Origin: Nemertoderma westbladi
Lineage: Eukaryota; Animalia; Xenacoelomorpha
Assembly: GCA_032718475.1 (NCBI GenBank)
Contig: JAUCBJ010006056.1
Span: 1 to 41,967, forward strand
DNA: 41,967 bases
Reading direction: 5' to 3'
Shown here: piece after piece, positions 32,911-41,967 of the stretch
How the letters are laid out: each line of letters opens with the position of its first letter
Position numbering within the stretch: the stretch's first letter is position 1
Translations under genes and position numbers: made by a program
The notes under the pieces: model-generated
What the model was told of the DNA's origin: nothing
The model's input: the letters and a program-made list of their open reading frames with translations, nothing else
Database searches by the model: none

Positions 32911-33225
32911 TCCGGACAATTGCGACCCGGACAATTGCGACCCGGACAATTTCGACCCGGTCAATTGCGACCCATGTTTTTAAATAAAAATTATGGGTCG
33001 CAATTGTCCGGGTCGCATTTGTCAATGATATACAATGATATTTATCAATGAAATACATTACATATTTTTATCTGGATCCGGACAATTGCGATCCAGACAA
33101 TTGCGACCCGGTCAATTGCGACCCGGACAATTGCGACCCGGACAATTTCGACCCGGTCAATTGCGACCCGGTCAATTGCAACCAATGTTTTTAAATAAAA
33201 ATTATGGGTCGCAATTGTCCGAATG
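32911..33225. repeat. 15-bp tandem/inverted repeat arrays (GGACAATTGCGACCC), MITE-like
   Basis: Two arrays, each ending in the inverted segment GGGTCGCAATTGTCC. Confidence 0.75.
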
Positions 33226-33971
33226 TCTAAATTGGTTAAGTTGAAAATCCACGGCTTTTATGAGGATATAATTCTATACTCTGGATGGCACATTCACAAG
33301 AATGCTACGCCGGGTTCATTGTGTCAAGTACAATGCACACATCTCCAACCAGACACTATATAACATGGAAGGTGTCTCATTGGTTACCAAGCTTGACACT
33401 AGAACAAAATCGCCTCCGCTTTGCAGGACATTTCTTTCGCCGTGAGGACCAGCCAGTGCATAATCTTGTACTTTGGCAGCCTCATGGAGTGAATAAGCAT
33501 GGTGTACAGCCCATGACTTTCTTGAGACGCATCTTAAAGGACAGTGGTCTTAAAGATGCGGATGATCTAGCAAATGTCATGGGTGATAGGGAGTTGTGGC
33601 GGTGCAATTTTGTTGACAAGCCGGCACAGCATTCTTAAAAATGCAGCTGCAATGCAGCATGCCGATCCTAGTAGTAGTAGTAGTAGTATAGTTTTTAATT
33701 AGTTCAAGTGATTTGCTTTAATAAATGTGTCTTTAATTGATCTAAACGTAATTAAAGCGGCACAATTATTGAGTACAAATTTAATCCTGCCCATTATTGG
33801 TCAACATAGTCTCTGCGGGGGTGTAGAGCTGCTAGCTGGCTGGGAGATGTTGGCCTTACCAGAGGCGAATTGTACTGTAATAGGCAGCCAGTAGTATTGC
33901 TATAGCAACTCAGACATAACTCGATCCATACCCTGCCTGTATTTCAATTCCTATTGACTTTATACTACAAA

Positions 33972-35030
33972 TGTGGGGCGAGACACGTAGTCGGCGAGCC
34001 TTGGCATACGATTCATATAGGCCCCAACGGAGCATGTCCGTCTGTCTGTCCGTCTGTCTGGTAAATTTTTGATCGCGAATTTCTCGGCATCGCTGGTTCG
34101 GAATTGAACCAAACTTAGTAGATAAGTAGAAGAGGGAAAGTTTAGAAAATTTGTGAAGTTTGGTGAAAAATCATGCAGTCTGACGTCAGCTACGACAGAT
34201 TATGTGCTTTTTACAAAATGTTAAATTTCTCAGCAATGCCTCATTTTTCAGAGCTGAAATTTTGGTTACTCGTAGATAATCATGAAGTCTATCTTTTACG
34301 AAATTGAAAAGTTAAGACAGTTAATTGGGGATCCGCTAGAAACTCGGGAATAATTGCGTAGGCCTACACCGGTACCTACAGTTAATTGCTGCTGTAATGT
34401 TCATCAGTAGTGACTACGAAATTGCAGTATAAAATTGTAATACCTTCATTGGCCAGCTCGTTACCTCGAGCGGTGTTGGCTGAATTGATAAGGCGTTGGA
34501 CTAGCCATCCAATGGGATCTTCTCGCGCTGGTTCGAATCATATCTGTGGCAAAGCTTATTTTGCACCATTTTGTATATTAATTCTTTAAAGCCAACAATA
34601 TAAACCAACTTTGTTATTATGTATGCAGTCTATTAGAAGTTTAGAAATAATCTGAGTTTTTATCAAAACAAGACTGTCTGACACTCGCTACCGGTAGTTT
34701 CAGACTTTTTATAAAAACCGAAATAAGTCGTTCAATCAAATGATGAATTAAACCAAACTTGTACGTATGCAGTCCATTAAAAGTTTGGAAAGTATCTGAA
34801 GTTTGGTCAAAAATAAGTCAGTCGGTACCGGTGGTTTCAGACTTTTTATAAAAACCGAAATAAGTCGGGCAATTGCAGTTCAGACTTTTTATAAAAACCG
34901 AAATAAGTCGGGCAATTGCAGTTCAGACTTTTTGTAAAAACCGAAATAAGTCGGGCAATTGCAGATTAAATTAAACCAAAATTTGTATGTATGCACTCTC
35001 GTGCTGCGCGAAGTCCCCACGAACGTGTTG
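33972..35030 (+). mobile_element. Non-autonomous Helentron/DINE-1-like element
   Basis: GTGGGGCGAG 5' end, (GTCC/GTCT)n microsatellite at ~34035, AACCAAACTT core, 43-bp tandem repeat x3 (34836-34964), and 3' GCGCGAAGTCCCCACGAAC. Confidence 0.55.
34470..34551 (+). pseudogene. tRNA-Ser-like relic
   Basis: TGGCTGAATTGATAAGGCGTTGGACTAGCCATCCAATGGGATCTTCTCGCGCTGGTTCGAATC has the tRNA-Ser layout with a long variable arm. The acceptor stem, T stem and anticodon loop are degenerate. Confidence 0.7.
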
Positions 35031-35506
35031 TATTACTTACTATCTCAGGTGACACGTTCGTGGGGCCTTCGCGCATCACGAGGCCCAGTTATGAGATACA
35101 AATTAAAATTGAGCGACTGTATCACAAAATCCGGTTTTGATAAATTTACCCACACCACCAATCAATCAAAGAAAGGGGGACAGTACGTGTTCACCCCTTT
35201 TAATCTCCCCCCCCCCCCCAGCCCTTCCCAACCACCAATACATAACCGCGACATCTACCACCCACGGAAGGGTAGCACGAACTTATTTCCAATCGCACGT
35301 TCAATATGCAAAGCCAGGTGGTGGTTTATAGGAATATAATAAACGCAGTACTCGTTTTCATTATAAGCATCGTTGCGTTCGTCCTGTTTTGTATTTAAAT
35401 ATATTTCTTAAACGCAGGCTAGGACGATCTTTATAATAATAATAACTAGGGATGCGATCAATATGTGAAGCCAGGTGGTTTATATAATAATTTAGTAAAC
35501 GCAGTA

Positions 35507-37196
35507 CTCGTCTTTATTATATGCCTCGTTGCGCTCGTTGCTTGTCCTGTTTTGTCATAAAATATTTTTCCTAAACGCAGACTGACGATCTTTATACAGT
35601 TATAACTATGCGAAGTTTCGAAACTGTGCGAGTAACTGTTGATACATCTATGTGGAGATGTGTGATATGTGGAGATGTGTGATACAACGCCAACGCATCT
35701 TATGCCGATGTAGTAATATGGGTATTGAAATAATATTAAATCAATGTACACTCTTAAAGCTGCAGCGAAAAAATGTAGCTAATTTCCTAGGTTACATATA
35801 AAATAATAATATTATTTTTAAGAACATTAATTTTACTACTTTGCAAAAATTCAATTAAAAAATAACCAGACATATACATTGTGGAATAAACTATTTCAGA
35901 AGCCTACAACAGCCATGCCATGGATGGTATTTATGTTATTATATCTGTCATTTACCTGAGATAGCAATACAACATTTATAGTGGATTTAAAGAATGCTGT
36001 CTGGGCTGGAATAGCAATACTGGTTGCCTATTACAATTCCTCTCTGGTTAGTCTACAGCCACAACTCCCAGCTAGCTCCACACCAGCAGAGACTTGACCA
36101 ATAATCATTCCCAGCAACTGGCTGCCTTACACAAACATCCTTCCATCTATATACCAGCATGTTGGCCAATAAATGAGCAGTATTTTAATGAGAATCAATT
36201 TTTTATGCCGTTTAATAACTTTAGATCAATTAAAGACACAATTATTAAAGCAAATCACTTGAACTAATTAAAAACTATAATAGAATGGAGTATGTGGATT
36301 ACATCTGTATATTTTTTAAGTATAATTATTGAAGTCTTATACTGTAAAACAATTAATTTCCTTTAAAAGGCAGGTTGAAAATGGTGTTTTTACCGTAATC
36401 AACTTAATTAACTAATTAACTGCTATTATCTTAGCTTCTCGAAGGCCACACGGAAATTATACTTGGAAAATTTCTAAACTTTTGCCAAACAACATGTGTA
36501 CCAAGTTTGGATAGATTTCATCAAAGATTGGCCGAGTTATTAACGTTTAAAATTGAACACGACAGAACGACAGAACGACTGAACGACAGGTTGATTAATG
36601 GTACCACTACGCTAAGGCTCACTCACTTCGTGGCTCGCCCCACAGAACGACAGAACGACAGGTTGATTAATGGTACCACTACGCTAAAGCTCACTCACTT
36701 CGTGGCTCGCCCCACAGAACGACAGAACGACAGGTTGATTAATGGTACCACTACGCTAAGGCTCACTCACTTCGTGGCTCGCCCCCACAGAAGATATAAT
36801 GACTGTTGTAGGCTTATATCTGAAATAGTTTATTCCGCAATATATTTGTCTGGTTATTTTTTAATTGAGTTTTTGCAAAGTAGTAAAATTAATGTTCTTA
36901 AAAATAATATTATTATTTTATACGAAACCTAGAAAATTATCTACATTTTTTCGCGGCAGCTTTAAGAGTGTACATTGATTTAATATTATTTTAATACCCA
37001 TATTACTACATCGGCATACGATGTGTTGGCGTTGTATCACACATCTCCACATAGATGTATTAGCAGTTACTCGCACAGTTTCGAAACTTCGCATAGTTAT
37101 AACTGTATAAAGATCGTCAGTCTTGGTTTAGGAAAAATATTTTAATGCAAAACAGGACGAGCGACGAGCGCAACGAGGCATATAATGAAGACGAGT
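35507..37196. repeat. ~400-bp long inverted repeat (35507-35917 and 36799-37196)
   Basis: The two arms are reverse complements along their length, e.g. CTCTTAAAGCTGCAGCGAAAAAATGTAG versus CTACATTTTTTCGCGGCAGCTTTAAGAG. Confidence 0.85.
36000..36790 (-). mobile_element. Inverted copy of the Helentron/DINE-like family seen at 27848-29266 and 33700-33950, with a 63-bp unit repeated three times
   Basis: 36270-36570 is the reverse complement of 28960-29266. GACAGGTTGATTAATGGTACCACTACGCTAAGGCTCACTCACTTCGTGGCTCGCCCCAC occurs three times. Confidence 0.65.
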
Positions 37197-37239
37197 TGTT
37201 TGCGGTATTTCAACTTCTCATAATGCAAGTTGAATATTT

Positions 37240-38390
37240 TATCAGTACTAGGTGCGGGAACATGGAATTTGGGTATATTCAATGGACTGGGGGTGATTCA
37301 CGGGCGAATATTGGGGCGACTTACGGAGCACGGGACTCATATCAGATATTGAAGGGCCAAGGGTGGGAGGCAAAATCAAGCAGTACTCAGGTTTACCTGA
37401 TACTATTTAGGCCTAGCCAACTTCCTGCTGCCTGTAGAGGTGGATTTGGTAACTCGCTAGGCCTAGGGACAAGGACTGCCCTTAGCGGTTCCTGGCTAAC
37501 AGCAGTTATTACGAGCCTGAATAAGGACTCGGAAAGTCTGCTGATTGCGTCAGGGATTTGCGACGGGAACCGACAGACAGATCCTTAGCGGTCCCTGGTC
37601 ACCGGCAGTTATTACGAGCCTGAATAAGGACTCGGAAAGCTTGCCGACTGCACCGGGGACTTGCGATGGATCGACCGACTAAACGGAGAAAGGGTTCGAC
37701 GAGGACTGCCTTCCTGGAGTGGGTTCCACGACCGGTGTTAGTACGAGCCTGAAAGGGACTCGGAAAACTACCGACAGTTGGGACTCACAACGGGCTGACA
37801 GACCCCTTGCCAAGCCGTATCGCTTTCCTAATGACCGATCCCTTCGGGGTTCGCGAAGGGTGGGACGGACACGCAATGGGGTCAAAAGACAAAGGACCGG
37901 ACTCTACTGGCCTACCGATTATTCAGAGAAGCTTCTCGGCTACCAAAGCGACTACGAGCCTGAAAGGGACTCGGAAATCTTAGGTGGTTGGGACCCTGCG
38001 ATGAACCGACAGACCCCTAGCCAAGCCATACTGCTTTCCTGATGACCGATCCCTTCGGGGTTTGGGAAGGGTGGGATGGACACGCAACCCGGTCTACCGA
38101 CTTGACCGACCCTTAGCCAAGCCGTACTGCTTTCCTGATGACCGATCCCTTTGGGGTTCGGGAAGGGTGGGATGGACACGCAACAGGGTCGACCGACACC
38201 GACACTACGGTACTGGGACTAGGACCGAGGGAAAATGGGGATCATTGGTTAGGATAAAATCTAAAGCCAACAGTGGGTAATTAATTAGTGTACTGTAGGA
38301 ATTTATATGTTCGTATATTATTGTGAATATTTGGTGTATATTGGTGTGGGGAAGCCCAACTTATTCTCAATCAGGGTTCAATCAGAGTTT
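37240..38390 (+). mobile_element. Probable DIRS/Ngaro-like relic: degenerate tyrosine-recombinase C-terminus followed by a structured hairpin array
   Basis: GDSRANIGATYGA...ILKGQGWEAKSSSTQVYL loosely resembles the HSFRIGAAT...IK..GRW.S.A...Y end of DIRS/Ngaro recombinases. The match is weak and by eye only. Confidence 0.35.
37485..38191 (+). ncRNA. Array of seven structured RNA hairpin modules (order A-A-A-B-A-B-B)
   Basis: Conserved cores, covarying flanking stems, and GAAA/UUCG tetraloops on the plus strand (details in findings). Confidence 0.55.
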
Positions 38391-38401
38391 AGTCCAAATG
38401 C

Positions 38402-39062
38402 ATGTATTATTTCCCTAAATCGTGTAAAAACTCAAATGTAGGACAAGTATCTTTAAATAGTAATAAGTTAACAATAGTGCACGAGATTAAATATTTAGGT
38501 CATATACTTTGCGATAATACAGACGATAATTCGGATATTCATAATCAATTAAGATCATTTTATAAACGTGCTAATACCATTATTAGAAAATTTGCAAATT
38601 GTACTACAGCCGTAAAAGTTAAATTATTTCGATGTTTTTGTACTCAATTTTATTGTAACGCTTTGTGGTCTAGATTAAATTACTCTGCTTCTGTGCATAA
38701 TAAAGTAGCATATAATACAGCGGCCAGACGCTTTTTCGGGTACCCTTATGGCTCCAGTGTTTCTTTTATGTTCGGTGTATTAAATATTCCTAAATTTATT
38801 CATATACGTGCTGCAGCAATTAATTCTCTATTTTTACGGGCAACAAATTCGTGTAATACAATGGTAATTGCAACGCTTCATGAGGTATACAAAACGAGTA
38901 GAATATTTTTAATGCGGGACCTATCATATATTGATGACTAAAATTAATTATATTTAGTTAGGCTTGATATCCTTGATTGTGCTAATAATATTTTATATAT
39001 ATATTTGTTTGTTTGTTTGTTTTTATGGGCAATCGTGCCTGAAATAAAGAATTATTATTATT
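38402..39062 (+). mobile_element. 5'-truncated non-LTR retrotransposon 3' end (RT thumb/C-terminal ORF 38402-38941, then AATAAA and an (ATT)n tail)
   Basis: IKYLGHIL...DIHNQLRSFYKRANTIIRKFANC...VKVKLFRCFC...LW...VAYN. AATAAA at ~39043 is followed by ATTATTATT. Clade not assigned. Confidence 0.8.
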
Positions 39063-39249
39063 TAGTTACATTAAAGATTATTTCCAACCAATGCAACTTT
39101 TTTCTCGACTGCAACCTTGCATCTCAGAAAGGACTCCTTCTCCACTCCCAATATCCAGTAAGCAACCGAGGGTGGACTCTCTATAGCCGAGGGGCACTTG
39201 TATAATAACTAATAATCACAAACCCCGTCCTCTTATAATATATAACTCT

Positions 39250-39275
39250 GTAGTAGTCAGTAGTAGTAGTAGTAA

Positions 39276-39311
<36 letters not shown>

Positions 39312-39330
39312 AAGTAGTAAGTAATAGTAA
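39250..39330. repeat. (TAG)n microsatellite
   Basis: Direct run of TAG/GTA triplets. Confidence 0.9.
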
Positions 39331-40463
39331 AGGAGATCGGTTTAAACCAAAGTGATAAAGTAACATTATTATATAACATAATCATATAGACAAAGTAGAA
39401 TAAGATACAGATTCATAATTATTTTATCAAACTCATGTACTACTTACTTCAATGTGCCAATTGTAATAATAATTAAACATATTATTCCGATTAATCTGCG
39501 TTTGGCCCTATAAGATATTATACTGACGTATTTTATATTATTATATCCATCCGAGTAAACAAGAAGTGAAGTAAATGTTTATTATTATAGTTTTAGAAAT
39601 TGAATGATATACCCAAGATAGTGAAATAGATAATATACCAGAAATTGCCATTTGATCAGATATATCAAAGCGGCGTCTTTAGTATAATACCGTAATAGTA
39701 TCAATTAACTCTGTTATACAATGTAAATATACTAAATCTATTTATAAATATATTATGAGCCCTACATTGTATATTTATCCTACAGGTAGACAATGTAGTA
39801 TGTTAAAACTTGATATAATTTGGTATAATGTATAACATATTACAAATAAGACTGAGGCAGCTAAACTATATTGCAAAGAAATCAAATATCCTAAAGTAAT
39901 ATACTAGACCCTCCCTCCACCCTATAAATAGTGTTCACCATCTACCCCACCCACCGCCCTTATTACTTCATAATAATGAAAGATAGTACCGGCGCTCCGG
40001 TCACTCCGTTCCCTCCGCTGGGGGGGTTAAGTTGTAGGTTTTGACACTATGCAAAATCCGAGCACAGAGTTAGAAGCGCATTGGATAGGCGAACATTTCT
40101 TGCAGTGAAAGTATTTCCATACTTATTATAGTTTTCGAGATAGTCAGACATGAGTAGCAAAAATTTGAATTTTTTTGGTAAAGTCTGATTACACCGGTAC
40201 CTGTCATCCGAAATATGGATTGTGATATATCGTTAGATGCGGGTCCACTAACTGTACATTCACATATTTTCAAGGAAAAAATTCGATCAAGGGTTTTCGA
40301 AATATTTTCGAATTACCGGAAGCAGACTTTGGACGACCATATCTCCGGTACCGGTAGGCCTATTGAGTCAAAAAATTTTTTAATCTACTTAGAACACTCC
40401 AGTGAATGTTTTTTAGTTTGAAAGTTTTGCCCCAAAATGCTCAGAAGTAATTTCGAAAACACT

Positions 40464-41510
40464 GATCATTTTGCGATCATGATCTTTTGACCCCCTAGAA
40501 TTGAACTTTTTTATGGTCAAATTTTGGCTACCCCCCCTAATTCGAGGGTGAGGAATCTTTTTGTAATGTTAAGTTTTTTCATACGGTGAACTCACAGGAC
40601 TTGGTCTTCGAAATAAAACCGAAAACATGATCTTTCCTGATCATGGCCTGATCAAATCGCTTTTTGAAAATTTTGAAATGCTCAAAAGTTGCCCCTTCTT
40701 AATAGAAGTCGATTAGTAAAAAAAAAGTCGGGGGTCTCAAACAAAGTTTTCGAGAAAATCGGGAAAAACCGATAAACACGATCTTTTATGATCAGGAAGC
40801 TGATCTCGAGAACTGGTTGCCCGATCGAGCCAATTTTTTTTTAATCAACTCAGAATAGACCATTGCACATTTCTTACAATGAATGTTTATTAGAACAATG
40901 CTTAGATTCGATTTTAAATATACTGATCTTTTCGCGATCATGATCTTGAGTTTTGACCCACTAGACTTGAACTTTTTTATGCCCAAATTTTGGCTACCCC
41001 CCATAATTCGAGGGTGAGGAATCTTTTTGTGATGTTAAGTTTTTCCATACGGTGAACTCCCAGGACTTGGTCTTTGAAATAAAACCAAAAACACGATCTT
41101 TTCTGATCGCGGCCTGATCAAATTGTTTTTTGAAAATTTCGAAATGCTCAAAAGTTGCCCCTTCACCATAGAAGTCGATTCGTAAAAAAAAATCGGGGGT
41201 CTCAAACAAAGTTTTCGAGAACATCCAAAAAAACTAAAAAATCTGATCTTTAATGATCAGGTATCAGATCTCGAGAACCAGTTGTCCGATCGAGCCAATT
41301 TTTTTTTAATCGACTCAGGGCGGTGTTCTGAACGTTTCCTACAGTAATTGTTTATATCCAAAATGCTTAGTTACGATTTTACGAAGTCCGATCTTTGCGC
41401 GATCATGATCTTGCGTTTTAACCGGGAAGAATTCACTTTTTTTAAAATCTTTTAACGGGAATCATGACTAATGTGGGGTCGCTGAATCTTTTTGTAATGT
41501 TAAGTTTTTC
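40464..41510 (+). repeat. ~462-bp tandem repeat x ~2.3, probably internal to a non-autonomous DNA element starting near 39990
   Basis: GATC...GCGATCATGATCTT...AATTCGAGGGTGAGGAATCTTTTTGT...GGGGGTCTCAAACAAAGTTTTCGAG occurs at ~40464 and ~40925, with a partial copy at ~41390. Confidence 0.8.
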
Positions 41511-41967
41511 GAATGGAGCAAGCCTTGAGTGTCCGATTGCTGATCAAAACTGATCTTTGCTGATCATGGTCAAGATCATGATCTGACACCTCCAAAAAAA
41601 GCTCCTTGAATGTAAACCCATATGCTGCCTATCGATTGGCGCCGGTCCCAACTCCGTAGCATTAGCCGTTTTGGCTGTAGCTCCATAGCAACGTGGTTGC
41701 TAGGGAAGCGGACTTTTCGACTCAAATTGGCCCTAGCCGGAGAACCGTAGACTTTTTTAACACATTATGTATGGCGAAAAGTCTTCTGGATAAATTTTGG
41801 GGGGGGTCTAGGAACATCCTATTGTTCGTTTTCGCTTAGTTGCTGAGATCCTCTCATCCCACAAATCCCAGGATTCTATAAAGGCATTCTGCTGGACTAG
41901 TTCCGTGGCCGGAATAGTGTTCGGTGTTCTGCGAACAGAGAACCTAATCGGTTTAGGGCCCTGACCG

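Larger units (their letters stand above)
29267..33686 (+). mobile_element. 5'-truncated RTE-clade LINE with a 13-bp TSD and (TAG)n tail, carrying an internal insertion and a duplicated 3' end
   Basis: TSD TATAGTTTTTAAT at 29254-29266 and 33687-33699. RT reads QNGFRKGRGT...VDFIKAFDSVSR...GVLQGDTLAPFLF...LDFADDL. The C-terminus reads RLRFAGHCFRR...DRELWR. Confidence 0.88.

Noticed and set aside
38035-38075. Hammerhead ribozyme (CTGATGA-stem-GAA)
   Set aside because: The core ends in GAAG rather than GAAA and there is no stem I or NUH cleavage strand. I kept it only as part of the structured array.

Overview
This window is eukaryotic (probably invertebrate) DNA made almost entirely of nested transposable elements. 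I found no host gene, rRNA or CRISPR array. An L2/CR1-type LINE (minus strand; pieces at ~3300-3970 and ~26142-27770) is split by a non-autonomous BEL/Pao-type LTR element, 'B' (minus strand; LTRs 25611-26141 and 5491-6005; gag-protease only, followed by a second, deleted internal copy at ~3970-5490). B is in turn split by a 13.2-kb BEL/Pao element, 'A' (plus strand, 10682-23833, 5-bp TSD CGTGG), carrying gag, PR-RT-RNaseH, integrase and a decayed extra ORF region. The right third holds a 5'-truncated RTE LINE with a 13-bp TSD, Helentron/DINE-like non-autonomous elements, MITE-like repeats, a tRNA-Ser-like relic, another LINE 3' end, and a probable DIRS/Ngaro relic with an array of covarying RNA hairpins. 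The most notable observation is that neither BEL/Pao element has a TGG-starting tRNA primer-binding site. In both, the bases immediately after the 5' LTR are perfectly complementary to a sequence inside their own LTR (12 nt in A, 9 nt in B). This is the signature of Tf1-style self-primed reverse transcription, which I know only from Ty3/gypsy elements.
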